Shown piece by piece: positions 17,816-28,427 of a stretch of 64,000 bases of DNA (position 1 is the first letter of the stretch; the number at the start of each line of letters is the position of its first letter). The stretch covers positions 946-64,945 of the forward strand of contig CALVMX010000002.1 of the NCBI GenBank assembly GCA_944349415.1, given 5' to 3'. The notes beneath the pieces are model-generated. The model did no database searches. It saw only the letters and a list, made by a program, of their open reading frames with translations, and had not been told where the DNA came from. The position numbers were made by a program, and so were the translations under genes. Source of the stretch: an uncultured Clostridia bacterium. GTDB lineage: Bacteria; Bacillota; Clostridia; Christensenellales; UBA1242.

Positions 17816-17932
17816 ATGAAAGTGGAAGAAGTTATGGCAATTTTAGACAAAGAATTTGAACAAAATAAAGATTTTTATAAAGCAATCTTTAGTGAAAACA
17901 AAGCATCAAAAAAATCACAAAAGAATGGATAA
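17816..17932 (+). CDS. Small hypothetical protein (38 aa)
   Basis: The ATG lies 6 nt after AGGAGG, directly after the stop of the preceding gene. It is not in the ORF track because of its length. Confidence 0.4.
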   Translation: MKVEEVMAILDKEFEQNKDFYKAIFSENKASKKSQKNG

Positions 17933-17979
17933 AAGATTTATATTCAATAAAAAAACATATTGTTTTTCAATATGTTTTT

Positions 17980-18546
17980 TTATTGTTTCTGTCCACAGTG
18001 TGGGCAAAAGTTATCATTATTTTCAATTTTCTTTCCGCAGTTTGAACAGACCTTTTCGGTTTCTATGCTTTTACCACATTTCGAGCAGAATTTTGAGCCT
18101 TTTTCATTTTTCTCCCCGCATTTTTTACAAGTTATTGCTTCATCTTTTCCTTTTGCTTTTCCGCTGGCAATTCCTTCAGAAATTGATTCGGCAAGGTTGC
18201 CAACTGATTTATTGACTGCTGGCGCTATATATTCTGTTGTTTCTTTAAGCACAGGTGCTACAGAACTTGCAGTGTAAGAGCCGATTTCTCGTGCATGTGC
18301 AAAAAATGTTGCGTATATACCAATTCCGAGCATGGCAAAGCCAATAGCAAATAAAAAGCCACCAACTATAAACATCACCATATCATTATTTGACGAAAAA
18401 TCTCCAAAATTAGCAAATCCAAGAATTAATAGTATAATGCCTGTAATTGAGATAACAATACCTACGCTAAGTAAAATTTTCCCCGCCGTTTTGAGTTTTC
18501 CTTTTATTTTTTGATGATTTTCTTCATTTACATATTTTCCTTTCAT
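17980..18546 (-). CDS. Membrane protein with C-terminal double zinc-ribbon motifs
   Basis: The C-terminus contains CKKCGEK...CSKCG and CSNCGKK...CPHCG. Two hydrophobic helices are present. The start was moved to the ATG at 18546, which follows GGGAG. Confidence 0.7.
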   Translation of the reverse strand: MKGKYVNEENHQKIKGKLKTAGKILLSVGIVISITGIILLILGFANFGDFSSNNDMVMFIVGGFLFAIGFAMLGIGIYATFFAHAREIGSYTASSVAPVLKETTEYIAPAVNKSVGNLAESISEGIASGKAKGKDEAITCKKCGEKNEKGSKFCSKCGKSIETEKVCSNCGKKIENNDNFCPHCGQKQ

Positions 18547-18690
18547 TTTTAACTCCCAACTAAATAGTATCATATAGACTATAAATTTGTCAAATATAAG
18601 AACAATGCGGTTTGTAATTTTATAAAATTCTAACATTATTTTAAAAGATATTAAACAAATCTGTGATATAATTTTAACGAGGTAAAAAAT

Positions 18691-18837
18691 ATGGCTAAGA
18701 TTATGTTAGTGGATGATTACAAAGAATCTGATTTTTTCGGTAAGAGAAAAGCTGTCAAGTTCTGGTATAATAATTTGATATTGAAGGACTTTGCTTCGTG
18801 TCAAAGCCATTTTGCGAAGGCACAAATAAGTATATAA
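18691..18837 (+). CDS. Small hypothetical protein (48 aa)
   Basis: The ATG lies 8 nt after GAGGT. No other support. Confidence 0.3.
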   Translation: MAKIMLVDDYKESDFFGKRKAVKFWYNNLILKDFASCQSHFAKAQISI

Positions 18838-18898
18838 TAAACTGGTGCTGAAGTCGGAAAGAGTAGCAAGTTTACTGTGAAACTAAAGTTGGAGAAAG

Positions 18899-19792
18899 AT
18901 GAGTAAGTATAAACGTTTTTTAAATTGGTTTAAAAATCCGAAGATTTGGTTTGTGATGCTATATCTTATTCTTTCTATTGCTTTAATCACAGCGTCAATA
19001 GTTGTTGTATCTTTTGGCATAAATGATTTTTGGGCTTATCTTCTTTATTCGCTTACAATGGCAGACCTTATCTATCTAATTTATCTTATTATCTATTATG
19101 TTCCAAAAATTAGGCAGGCTTGTTTGAAATTTGCCTATAAAAACAAATTAACAAAAGAATATGTTGGCAACTTTGGCTTTAGAAGTTTGGTCTCTGTCAG
19201 TTTTTCGTTTGCTATTAATGGAATATATGCACTGTTTTTGGCGGTTATGGCGATAATTTCTGGCTCATATTGGTATGGCGCACTTGCAATTTATTATTTT
19301 GCTTTAACTTTGATACGTGGTGGCATTCTATTTAAGCATGTGAGAAGAAGAAAAATTGATGATGAACAGACGTATAAACTTAATCAAATTAAATCCTACC
19401 GAAATTGTGGAATTTATTTAAGTCTTTTGACTTTGGCACTTTCTGGGGCAATTGTTCAAATGGTGATTTCGAATCAGGGGTTTAGATATGCTGGGAGTAT
19501 GATTTACTTAATGGCGCTATATGCTTTCTATAAACTTATTAAATCAATTATAGATATGACCAAAGCCAAGAAAAACGACGATTATACGACTAAGTCCATA
19601 AGAAGTGTGAGATTTGCAGATGCGCTCGTTTCCATTCTTGCACTTCAGACTGCAATGTTCCAAGCTTTTGCTCAAGATTTTATAACATATGTTCCAAATT
19701 CAATAACTGGTGGCATTATTTGTTTAATTATTGTTGTGCTTGGAATATATATGTTCATAAGCGGGCAAAAGCAATTTGAAAAAGTGAAATAG
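18899..19792 (+). CDS. Multi-pass membrane protein (297 aa), unknown function
   Basis: RBS GGAGAAAG. Several long hydrophobic segments. Confidence 0.7.
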   Translation: MSKYKRFLNWFKNPKIWFVMLYLILSIALITASIVVVSFGINDFWAYLLYSLTMADLIYLIYLIIYYVPKIRQACLKFAYKNKLTKEYVGNFGFRSLVSVSFSFAINGIYALFLAVMAIISGSYWYGALAIYYFALTLIRGGILFKHVRRRKIDDEQTYKLNQIKSYRNCGIYLSLLTLALSGAIVQMVISNQGFRYAGSMIYLMALYAFYKLIKSIIDMTKAKKNDDYTTKSIRSVRFADALVSILALQTAMFQAFAQDFITYVPNSITGGIICLIIVVLGIYMFISGQKQFEKVK

Positions 19793-19874
19793 ATTTTTCA
19801 AATATTACTAATTTTATAATAATAAATAATTCAAGCATTAAAGTTATTTTTAAATTAAAATTATTTAAATTTCT

Positions 19875-19903
19875 TTGACATAAATATTTATTTTTATTAT
19901 AAT
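19875..19903 (+). promoter_or_regulatory. Sigma-70-type promoter
   Basis: TTGACA (19875-19880), 17 nt, TATAAT (19898-19903). Confidence 0.65.
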
Positions 19904-19933
19904 TTATCTATACTATGGGAAAAGGAGATAGTT

Positions 19934-21988
19934 ATGGATAAGAAATTTGAACCACTTTTTACACCTTGGAAAATAGGTAATGTGGAAATTAAAAACAGAA
20001 TTGTGCTTTGCCCAATGGGCGGAACTTCCATCTTTGGTTGGATGGAACCTCATCATTTTGATAAGGATGCGGCAGATTTCTTTATGGAACTTGCTAAAAA
20101 CAATGTTGGACTTATCATTCCAGGAATCGCTCCACTTAAAAACTTAATTGGTGGGCAATGGCTTTATAAATCAAAGCGTTCTTTCAAGAAATTGAAACCT
20201 TATATGGAAGAATTCCACAAAACTGGAGCAAAAATGTTTATTCAGTTAACTGCTGGATTTGGACGTTCTTTCTCTGTTCCAAATGGTATGGTTCCAATGC
20301 TTAAATCAAAATTTTTAAACACGTTATTAAAACCTATTATTGATATTCAATATCTTTGTGCTTCACCAAGCAAACTTCCAGCTCGTTGGGTAGAAGGTGG
20401 GCTTACAAGAGCATTGACCAAGAAAGAAATTGAAAAAATGATAGACGCTTTTGCAAAAACTGCCAAAATGTGTAAAGATGCTGGAGTTGATGGTGTGGAA
20501 ATCCATGCTGTTCATGAAGGCTATCTTCTTGACCAATTTACTACTGCATATACAAATCAAAGAACTGACGAATATGGTGGTAGTTTCGAAAATCGCTATC
20601 GTTTCCCTGTTGAAGTTGTTAAAGCTATAAAAGCACTTTGCGGACAAGATTATCCAGTTTCTCTTCGTTATTCTGTTGTTTCTAAAACAAAAGATTTCTG
20701 TGTAGGAGCAATTCCGGGCGAAAAATATACCGAAGTTGGAAGAAATATGGAAGAAAGCGAAAAGGCGGCAAAATATTTGCAAGATGCCGGCTATGATATG
20801 CTTGATGCTGACAATGGAACTTATGATGCTTGGTATTGGGCTCATCCACCAATGTATATGCCACTTAACTGCAACCTTGATGACGTTTCTCATATTAAAA
20901 AATTCGTTGACATTCCTGTTGTTTGTGCTGGTAGAATGGAACCTGTGACTGCAGCAAAAGCAATTAAGGAAGGAAAAATCGACGCTATGGGTGTGGCTAG
21001 ACAATTCCTTGTTGACCACACATGGGTAACAAAACTCATAAATGACGAGCTTGACGAAATTCAACCATGTATTTGTTGTCACAATGCTTGCCTTCCAATG
21101 TCACATTATAAAGGCATTGCTAATGGTGCTGCTATGGCTGACACACAACATATGTCACGTTGTGCGATTAATCCTATAACAATGCAAAATCATAAATTTG
21201 ATATTGTTCCAGCCAAAAAACAAAAGAAAGTGGCTGTTATCGGCGGTGGTGTCGGCGGTATTGAAGTGGCAAGAATTGCCACACTTCGTGGGCACAAAGT
21301 GACTATTTATGAAAAAACTGATAAACTTGGTGGTGTATTTATTGCAGCGGCGACTCCGTCTTTCAAAGAAAAGGATAGAATGCTCATTGAATGGTATAGA
21401 AAACAAATTGCAAAATTACCTATTGAGGTTAAGTTTAACACAGAAGTTAAAGATTTGAGTGAAATTGATGCAGACGAAATTGTTATAGCAACAGGTGCAA
21501 CTCCTAAAAAGGCAAGAATTCCAGGCTTTGAAAAGACTATTGAGGCTTGTGATTACCTTCTCAGTGATAAAAATGTTGGAGACAATGTCGTTATTATCGG
21601 TGGTGGTCTTACAGGCTGTGAAATTGCATATGAATTATCATTAAATGGCAAACATCCTGTTATTGTGGAAGCTCTTAATGACCTTATGGCAACACCAAAA
21701 CTTTGTCTAGCAAACGCTTCATATCTTCGCGATTATTTCAAATACAAGAATGTGTCTGTTTATCTTGAAAGCAAGGTTATGGAAATTAAAGACGATGGAG
21801 TTATCATCGAAGATAAAAACGGAAAGAGAACTGCGGTTAAGGCAGATAACGTCATCTCTGCAATTGGATATAATCCAAATCCTCTTGTAAAGAAAGGTCG
21901 TCATGTTCATGTTGTAGGAGATGCTTTACAAGTTGGCAACCTTAGAACTGTTGTTTGGCGCGCTTGGGAAGTTGCAGAAAAAATTTAA
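19934..21988 (+). CDS. NADH:flavin oxidoreductase (Old-Yellow-Enzyme barrel) fused to an FAD/NAD(P)-binding domain. It resembles 2,4-dienoyl-CoA reductase or enoate reductase.
   Basis: The N-terminus FEPLFTPWKIGNVEIKNRIVLCPMG is OYE-like. It has a Cys cluster CICCHNAC and two dinucleotide-binding motifs (VAVIGGGVGG and VVIIGGGLTG). Confidence 0.85.
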   Translation: MDKKFEPLFTPWKIGNVEIKNRIVLCPMGGTSIFGWMEPHHFDKDAADFFMELAKNNVGLIIPGIAPLKNLIGGQWLYKSKRSFKKLKPYMEEFHKTGAKMFIQLTAGFGRSFSVPNGMVPMLKSKFLNTLLKPIIDIQYLCASPSKLPARWVEGGLTRALTKKEIEKMIDAFAKTAKMCKDAGVDGVEIHAVHEGYLLDQFTTAYTNQRTDEYGGSFENRYRFPVEVVKAIKALCGQDYPVSLRYSVVSKTKDFCVGAIPGEKYTEVGRNMEESEKAAKYLQDAGYDMLDADNGTYDAWYWAHPPMYMPLNCNLDDVSHIKKFVDIPVVCAGRMEPVTAAKAIKEGKIDAMGVARQFLVDHTWVTKLINDELDEIQPCICCHNACLPMSHYKGIANGAAMADTQHMSRCAINPITMQNHKFDIVPAKKQKKVAVIGGGVGGIEVARIATLRGHKVTIYEKTDKLGGVFIAAATPSFKEKDRMLIEWYRKQIAKLPIEVKFNTEVKDLSEIDADEIVIATGATPKKARIPGFEKTIEACDYLLSDKNVGDNVVIIGGGLTGCEIAYELSLNGKHPVIVEALNDLMATPKLCLANASYLRDYFKYKNVSVYLESKVMEIKDDGVIIEDKNGKRTAVKADNVISAIGYNPNPLVKKGRHVHVVGDALQVGNLRTVVWRAWEVAEKI

Positions 21989-22345
21989 TCTAAAAGATAA
22001 ATTTAATAAAAAATCACGTTTTTTCGTGATTTTTTTTTGCGTTTTTTAATTATTTTTATATTTTTTATTTTATTTGTTAATTATTTCTTATAAGTTTAAA
22101 TATTATTTTTTAATTATTAAATTAATTTAATAATATTGCAAATAATATATTTATGAAAAAATTAATTTTGATAATATTTGCAATAATTTTTATTCTAACG
22201 CCTAATGGGAAAGTTTGTTTAGCGGAAGAAAACGCTAGAGATATTCCTATTATTATGTTTGCGTAATTTTTGCTTATTTTTTAATTTTTTTTGTTTTTAA
22301 AATATTTTTTTGATAATTTATTATTTAATTTTTATTTAAATTAAA

Positions 22346-22852
22346 CTACATAACTCGGCAAAGTAGACAGGCTAAAATTGTGCCAATTATTGAACAAAAG
22401 AGGGCGACAGGTATAGCGTATAAAAGTTTTTTAACTTTGGTTTGTGAAAAATAAACAGTTGCAACATAGAAAATTGTTTCGCTACAGCCCATGATGACAC
22501 ATGCGCAGCGAGAGATATAACTGTCAGCACCATAAGTGGTTAGAATATCTTCTAAAAGAGCGTAGCTTCCACTTCCGGTAAATGGTCTAAGCAGAACAAG
22601 TTCGGTAAGTTCTGGTGGAACTCCCAAAAATGTGAAGATTGGCGACAGAATATCGGTTAGCCAGGCGGTGATTCCGCTGACGCGAAGAAGAGCAACTGCG
22701 ATTAAAATAGAGGCGATAAAAGGAAAAATATCCACCACAAGTTTAATCGCACCTTTAGCACCTTTAACAAAATTATCGTAGGTGTTTATGCGTTTATACA
22801 TGCAGTAGAGTATAAGCAATAGAAAAAGGATAGGTAAGATATATGCACTCAT
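22346..22852 (-). CDS. spmB: Spore maturation protein B-like (nucleoside-recognition/Gate membrane protein)
   Basis: 168-aa polytopic membrane protein. It overlaps the upstream spmA-like ORF by 4 nt, as expected for the spmAB pair. Confidence 0.7.
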   Translation of the reverse strand: MSAYILPILFLLLILYCMYKRINTYDNFVKGAKGAIKLVVDIFPFIASILIAVALLRVSGITAWLTDILSPIFTFLGVPPELTELVLLRPFTGSGSYALLEDILTTYGADSYISRCACVIMGCSETIFYVATVYFSQTKVKKLLYAIPVALFCSIIGTILACLLCRVM

Positions 22853-23430
22853 TCTCTTTTCCTACCTTTTATCTTTTTTCGTATTTTTTCAATGCTGTGG
22901 CATAGAATTATTCCTAATATCGTCGTTGTGAATGTGACAATAAGTGTTGGGAGAATGATGTCGGAAGGATTAGCGCTTCCCGCAGTTGACCGTAGGCCAA
23001 TAACGGTTGTTGGAAGAAGTTGAATGGACGTGGCATTTATGACAAGAAGCATAATCATAGCAAAATTGGCTTTTCCACTTTGGTCATCCAGAGCTTGCAT
23101 TGCTCGTATCCCCATTGGAGTGGCGGCATTACCAACACCTAACATATTGGCTGAAATGTTTAAGGCAATTATTTTTTGTGTTTCTTCATTGTCTACTTTA
23201 AATATCTTTTTGATAAGAGGACGAAGAAGTTTTGCGAGTTTTTGAGATAAACCGCTGGCGTCCACAAGCTCAATAAAGCCCAGCCATACAACATACACAG
23301 CACAAAGTTCAATACAAAGTTCTAAGGCGCTTGTTGAAGCGCCTATCATTTCATTTAACATTTCTGCAGGGTTTGTGATTAAAAGCACAAGAATAGATGA
23401 CAGCATCATCATTATCCAAAAGATATTCAT
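22849..23430 (-). CDS. spmA: Spore maturation protein A-like
   Basis: The N-terminus MNIFWIMMML matches the SpmA-type start (M.N.IW), so the internal ATG at 23430 is preferred over the tracked 23466. Confidence 0.7.
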   Translation of the reverse strand: MNIFWIMMMLSSILVLLITNPAEMLNEMIGASTSALELCIELCAVYVVWLGFIELVDASGLSQKLAKLLRPLIKKIFKVDNEETQKIIALNISANMLGVGNAATPMGIRAMQALDDQSGKANFAMIMLLVINATSIQLLPTTVIGLRSTAGSANPSDIILPTLIVTFTTTILGIILCHSIEKIRKKIKGRKRE

Positions 23431-23523
23431 ACTTATTTTTATGCGAGATATATGAATAAAAGTCATTTTCTTGACAGAAAAAATTATATTTGATAAACTT
23501 TAAATATATTAAAAGGATAATTT

Positions 23524-24282
23524 ATGTTTATTGATGTTCATGCTCATCTATGTGATGATAAATTTAGCAATGTGAAAGAAATAGTGGAGAATGCAGAGAA
23601 GGAAAATGTGAAAAAAATCATTTCTGCAAGTTATAATTTTGCATCTTGTGAGAAAAATTTAGAAATCGCAAAAAGTTTTGATAATGTCTTTATAACAGTT
23701 GGTATTCATCCAGAAAATGTGGAGGAAATCACGGAAAATTATCTTGAGAAATTAGAAAATTTTGCTCAAAACGAAAAAGTTGTGGCAATAGGAGAAATTG
23801 GTCTTGATTATCATTGGCGTAATGACAATAAAGATTTGCAAAAAAGAATATTTATTGAGCAAATTGAACTTGCAAATAAATTGGATTTGCCTATTGTTGT
23901 TCATTGCCGTGATGCTATAGGTGACACGCTTCAAATTTTAAAAGAACATACTCCGAAATGTGAAAGTTTGATGCATTGCTATAGTGGAAGTATTGAAAGC
24001 GCAAAAGAATTTATGAAACTTGGATTTTCTTTTTCCTTTGGCGGGGTGGTAACTTTTAAAAATGCAAAAAATGTGCAAGAGGTTTTGATAAATATTCCTA
24101 TTGAAAGAATAATGCTGGAGACCGACTGTCCATATATGAGTCCAGAACCATTTCGCGGAAAAATTAATGAGCCTAAAAATATTTCAATAATAGCAGAAAA
24201 AATTGCTGAGTTAAAAAATGTAAAAATTTCAGAAATTGAAGAAAAAACAACAAAAAATAGCGAAAAAATGTTTAAAATTTAA
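23524..24282 (+). CDS. TatD-family metal-dependent hydrolase
   Basis: MFIDVHAHL start, GEIGLDYHW, and a DxPY-type C-terminal region (ETDCPYM). Confidence 0.85.
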   Translation: MFIDVHAHLCDDKFSNVKEIVENAEKENVKKIISASYNFASCEKNLEIAKSFDNVFITVGIHPENVEEITENYLEKLENFAQNEKVVAIGEIGLDYHWRNDNKDLQKRIFIEQIELANKLDLPIVVHCRDAIGDTLQILKEHTPKCESLMHCYSGSIESAKEFMKLGFSFSFGGVVTFKNAKNVQEVLINIPIERIMLETDCPYMSPEPFRGKINEPKNISIIAEKIAELKNVKISEIEEKTTKNSEKMFKI

Positions 24283-24336
24283 TAAAAAGTTGATTTTTGA
24301 TAAAGTTTTTATTTAATTTTTAAAAAGGAAAAAGAA

Positions 24337-25110
24337 ATGTTTAATTTTAAGAAAAAATATGGTCAAAATTTTTTAAGCGACAAAAATCTTTTAAAAGCTA
24401 TTGTTTCGGACAGTGAAGTGTCAAAAGACGATACAGTTTTAGAAATTGGAGCGGGTGCAGGAGCGTTAACGCAAGAACTTTCATCCATAGCCAATAAAGT
24501 CATTGCTTTTGAGATAGACGCTGACTTAGAAGAAACTCTTTTATCATTAAATCTAAAAAATGTTACTTTTATATTTCAAGATTTTATGAAAGTGAGTTTA
24601 AAAGATTTTGAAAAGGACTTAGATAGATACAAGGTTGTAGCAAATTTGCCTTACTATATCACAACCCCAATTATTTTTAAACTTTTGGAAGAGAGCGAAA
24701 AGGTGGAATCTCTCACTATTATGGTTCAAAAAGAGGTTGCTGAGCGAATAGTTTGTGAGGCGGGCAGTAAAGATTACGGAATTTTGTCGGTTATGATTAA
24801 GTTTTACGGCGAAGCCAAAATAAATCGCATTGTAAAACGTCAAATGTTTAATCCAATGCCTAATGTAGACTCCGCGGTTGTTACAATAAAAATTGATAGA
24901 GCAAAATATGCAAGTATAAATAGAGAAAAATTTTCTAAACTTGTCAAAACCGCTTTTTCGATGAGGCGAAAAACACTTCTTAATAATCTTTCGGCGTTGT
25001 TTTCTAAAGAAATTTTAAAATCTAAGTTTGATGAAAAATTTTTGACAAGAAGAGCGGAAAGTTTAACAATAGATGAATTTATAAATTTGTATAAAATATT
25101 AGAAAAATAA
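24337..25110 (+). CDS. rsmA: 16S rRNA (adenine1518/1519-N6)-dimethyltransferase
   Basis: KKYGQNFL, VLEIGAGAGALT and NLPYYITTPI. Confidence 0.9.
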   Translation: MFNFKKKYGQNFLSDKNLLKAIVSDSEVSKDDTVLEIGAGAGALTQELSSIANKVIAFEIDADLEETLLSLNLKNVTFIFQDFMKVSLKDFEKDLDRYKVVANLPYYITTPIIFKLLEESEKVESLTIMVQKEVAERIVCEAGSKDYGILSVMIKFYGEAKINRIVKRQMFNPMPNVDSAVVTIKIDRAKYASINREKFSKLVKTAFSMRRKTLLNNLSALFSKEILKSKFDEKFLTRRAESLTIDEFINLYKILEK

Positions 25111-25262
25111 TAAAAAAATCAAAAAAAATAGCATTTTTTATATTAAAAACACTATTTTTTTATATTTTTACTAGATTTTTATTAAAATTTTGGTTTTTAT
25201 TTTCTATGAAGTGGCAACATTTTTCAAATATCAAAATGCTGAATAAATTAATATAAATATAT

Positions 25263-25415
25263 ATGGAAAAGGAAGATTTAATTGTGCTTGCCACTTTCAT
25301 TGCCATGGAGCTAAGCAAGGACAAAAGTTTTGAAGAAATTAGAGAGTTGAGAGATTTAGTAAATCAAGTCGGTTGTTCGCTAAATACTCTTCTTAGTTGT
25401 AAAATAAAAAAATAG
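25263..25415 (+). CDS. Small hypothetical protein (50 aa)
   Basis: ORF MEKEDLIVLATFIAMELSKDKSFEEIRELRDLVNQVGCSLNTLLSCKIKK. The pattern resembles small conserved clostridial proteins. Recollection only. Confidence 0.35.
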   Translation: MEKEDLIVLATFIAMELSKDKSFEEIRELRDLVNQVGCSLNTLLSCKIKK

Positions 25416-25456
25416 TGTTAGTTAAAATTGTGAATTGAAGATAAATATTTAACATT

Positions 25457-25825
25457 TTAATGACTTAAATTTTCTTTCTTAGGTTCTGCACTACTTTTTT
25501 GTTGATAAGAGGCAAGACTAATAAAACCTGAACCACGGACATCTTCTTTTGAAAAGGTATCTTTTATTTCTTCCACAGACATCACAATTCCATAGACTGG
25601 GCGCTTTCGTTCTTCGTCTAAATTTCTTAGATGTCTATTTAATTTTTCCAGTTTGTTTAATTTATCTGTTGGCTTTCCTGTTTGACCATATTTCAATTGT
25701 TCCATTGCATATGTTGATTGAATAATTACTCTACATACTAAAACAACATCGTCAAGACTTAAATCGTCAAGATCTTCGTATTTTAAGAGTCTTTTTTTAT
25801 GTGATAAGAACTGTTGTTTATTCAT
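25457..25825 (-). CDS. Hypothetical protein (122 aa)
   Basis: ORF with RBS AAGGAAAAAA upstream. Confidence 0.55.
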   Translation of the reverse strand: MNKQQFLSHKKRLLKYEDLDDLSLDDVVLVCRVIIQSTYAMEQLKYGQTGKPTDKLNKLEKLNRHLRNLDEERKRPVYGIVMSVEEIKDTFSKEDVRGSGFISLASYQQKSSAEPKKENLSH

Positions 25826-25886
25826 AGTTTTTTCCTTTTTTACTTTACGACTTTTATTATTAAATTTTTTAACTGACTATTGTCAT

Positions 25887-26330
25887 TTATAATGGCAAAA
25901 CTTCGACATTGAAGGTGGCAGAAATTTCTGGATAGATTTTTGCTGTAACTTTGTAAATTCCGATAAGTTTAATAGGCTCTTTTAAATCAATTTTCTTCTT
26001 ATCTAGACTAATTCCACTTTTTTCAAGTTCTTCGGCAATTTCTTTGCTTGTTACAGAGCCAAACATTTTTCCATTTTCACCGCATTTTATTTTTAAAGTA
26101 ACGCTAATGCCTTCAATTTTTTTGGCAAGTTCTTTTGCGGCTTTAATTTCTTCTTGTTTATGAAAAGCCATAGCACTTTTTTGAATGGCGTTTTCGGAAA
26201 GTGCTGAATTGTCCGCTCTCTTTGCAAGTCCATTTTTAAAAAGAAAGTTGGAAGCATATCCGTCTGCAACTTCTTTTATATCGCCTTTTTTTCCTGTTCC
26301 TTTTACATCTTTTAATAATACAACTTTCAT
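25887..26330 (-). CDS. rplI: 50S ribosomal protein L9
   Basis: [30 protein letters not shown]. Confidence 0.9.
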   Translation of the reverse strand: MKVVLLKDVKGTGKKGDIKEVADGYASNFLFKNGLAKRADNSALSENAIQKSAMAFHKQEEIKAAKELAKKIEGISVTLKIKCGENGKMFGSVTSKEIAEELEKSGISLDKKKIDLKEPIKLIGIYKVTAKIYPEISATFNVEVLPL

Positions 26331-26462
26331 TTTTTCCTCGCTTATTTTAAATTCTTATAGTATTGTAATATATTTTATCATTTTTGTCAAACTTCTTTAG
26401 TTAATTAAAAATTTGCTTTTTAATTTATAAATTTTGGAGAAAATAACTATAAAGGAGTTTTT

Positions 26463-26771
26463 ATGGATATTAGATGTAGAAAAACAAGTTGCCTTTATAA
26501 TGATAGATATACTTGCAAGGCGAAAGAAATTGATGTTTCAAGAGGAGCAATTTGCCGAAAATATGAAAAGGGCGACAAACCTGTTGTTGACAAAACAAAA
26601 GACATGTTTTCTCGAACGCCTAGTTATGCTCCACAACGGGACAGTAAAACTATTAGGATAGACTGCTCAGCTCATTGTTTATTCAATAAAAACGGTGACT
26701 GTCAAGCAAACGGTATAACCTTAAATGACTTAAAAAACAAGCCGTATTGTGTGACATTTTTAAGAAAATAA
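26463..26771 (+). CDS. DUF1540-like Cys-rich protein (two repeats)
   Basis: CRKTSCLYNDRYTCKAKEIDV and CSAHCLFNKNGDCQANGITL. RBS AAAGGAG. Confidence 0.7.
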   Translation: MDIRCRKTSCLYNDRYTCKAKEIDVSRGAICRKYEKGDKPVVDKTKDMFSRTPSYAPQRDSKTIRIDCSAHCLFNKNGDCQANGITLNDLKNKPYCVTFLRK

Positions 26772-26908
26772 TTTAGATTTTCTATGTGAGTTTGGAATCC
26801 TGAGTTTGATGGATTTTTGTAAATTAATTTCAATGCACTATAAAAGAGATTAAGAAATTTTTTATAAAAAATATTGATTTTATCTTTTAAATCATATATA
26901 ATAAAGTT

Positions 26909-28345
26909 ATGAGAAAGAAAACACAAAAGAATTTTTTATCTAAAGATGATGCAAAAAGGTTGGAAAATGAAACTTTAGAGTCTTCAACCGAGGTTATTAA
27001 CGGCGAAGTTGAGGAAAGTGTCGGTGTTGAGCTACAGCCTGCGGAAACTGAAAGCACATCATATGAAGAGATTTTGAAAAATTTTGAAATATATAGTGAT
27101 ATGGAAACTGTTCTTCGTAGTTCATTATTGGGCTATTTTGAGGGCAAGGATTATAAGATAAGAAAAGAGGTTGCAAATGACCTTTTGAAACTTCCTAAAA
27201 TTATTGATGAGCAAACACTTGGCACGATAGTATGTCATTCTTATTACCAAGAATATATGTTTAAATTTCTCATAACCTATGACAACTTTTCCACTTATTC
27301 TTCAGCAAGAATCTATCTTTTGGAAGACATGGATAAAATTGGCGAATTAAAGACATTGAAAACTTTAATTGGTGAATCTGTTCGTCCAGGTGGCAGTGAT
27401 ATTTTGGAATTTTTGATCAAAGAATGGAATCTTAAAAAGGCAGGCGACGACGGAGAAGAGCAAACAGTTGTGGTGTCTGAACTTGATGCGGTTTTGCTTG
27501 GTATTAAAACAGACTATGTTTTTAATCAAGAACTTATTGAAATTTTATCGCAAATTTATGTAATTCGTATTTCGGCACTTTTAAGTGAATGTGGTCAAAT
27601 TGGCGAAAAGATACTAGCCGAATATAACAAGCTTTTGAAAGATTATGCTGTAAAAAGGCCGAGTGTTTTGCAAAAATACACGTTGATTAAACATGTTTTG
27701 GATAGCATTATCAAAGAAAATGGTGGTTTTGAAATTATAAGGCAAGAGCACGAAAAGGAACTTAAGGAGGTTTTGGCCAGCTTTTACGAACCGCTTAAGA
27801 AAATCAATGTTCGCTATTTTGAAGGAGTTGAAATTGCTTATCCAAGTGTGGCAAGAGCAAAAACAACTAAAGAACCAGTAAAATCTTCTTCCAACAAACT
27901 TGGAGAAAAGGGCGAAAAACCTTACTATATAAAAACGGCTGATGCGGCTAAAGTTGAGCCTTACAAATATGGAGCAGTGCCAAAAATGCCAGAAGCTGGC
28001 AAGGTCGGTGCTCCACCTGAGAAGAAAGATATGTCAAAAACGGATAATGTAGAGGATAGAAAAAAAGGCGATAAACCTGCTCAAAAAATAGAAACTGAAA
28101 CTAAACCAAAGGAAAATGAAGATAATGTTGATTTTGATGATCCAGATTTGGCAAAAATTTTATTCGAAGATACTGTAAATCCACTTGAAAAAGCTGCAAA
28201 TCAACTTGGAAATACTGCAAATCAACTTGGAAATACTGGAGAATCACTTGAAGAAGATAATATTAAAGGAAAAGCTCCAGCATTGAAAACGCCAGAACCT
28301 TTATCTCCGATAAATCAAATGGAGAGAGAAAGTTTAGAAAGGTAA
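26909..28345 (+). CDS. Hypothetical protein (478 aa) with a K/E/P-rich low-complexity tail
   Basis: Long ORF. The C-terminus has the tandem ANQLGNT ANQLGNT. Confidence 0.6.
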   Translation: MRKKTQKNFLSKDDAKRLENETLESSTEVINGEVEESVGVELQPAETESTSYEEILKNFEIYSDMETVLRSSLLGYFEGKDYKIRKEVANDLLKLPKIIDEQTLGTIVCHSYYQEYMFKFLITYDNFSTYSSARIYLLEDMDKIGELKTLKTLIGESVRPGGSDILEFLIKEWNLKKAGDDGEEQTVVVSELDAVLLGIKTDYVFNQELIEILSQIYVIRISALLSECGQIGEKILAEYNKLLKDYAVKRPSVLQKYTLIKHVLDSIIKENGGFEIIRQEHEKELKEVLASFYEPLKKINVRYFEGVEIAYPSVARAKTTKEPVKSSSNKLGEKGEKPYYIKTADAAKVEPYKYGAVPKMPEAGKVGAPPEKKDMSKTDNVEDRKKGDKPAQKIETETKPKENEDNVDFDDPDLAKILFEDTVNPLEKAANQLGNTANQLGNTGESLEEDNIKGKAPALKTPEPLSPINQMERESLER

Positions 28346-28427
28346 ATTTTGATATAACTAAAAGAAGTTAAAAATAAAAAACTCTATCGTATTAGATAGA
28401 GTTTTATTTATAAGTTATTTTTAATTT

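Noticed and set aside
17856-18277. Plus-strand ORFs 17856..18215 and 17960..18277.
   Set aside because: They are antisense to the zinc-ribbon membrane protein gene (17980..18546), which has recognisable CxxC pairs, TM helices and an RBS.
20363-21082. A 239-aa ORF on the minus strand, together with other antisense ORFs tracked inside long genes: 2518..2820, 4350..4544, 4851..5255, 35562..35885, 40388..40792, 40862..41410, 41074..41352, 51842..52598 and 59348..60207.
   Set aside because: Each lies entirely inside, and antisense or out of frame to, a gene with clear family motifs. They have low-complexity or hydrophobic translations typical of AT-rich shadow ORFs, and no RBS.
26434-26661. A 75-aa ORF overlapping the DUF1540 gene in another frame.
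   Set aside because: The 26463..26771 frame has an RBS and the Cys-rich DUF1540 pattern. The alternative frame has neither.
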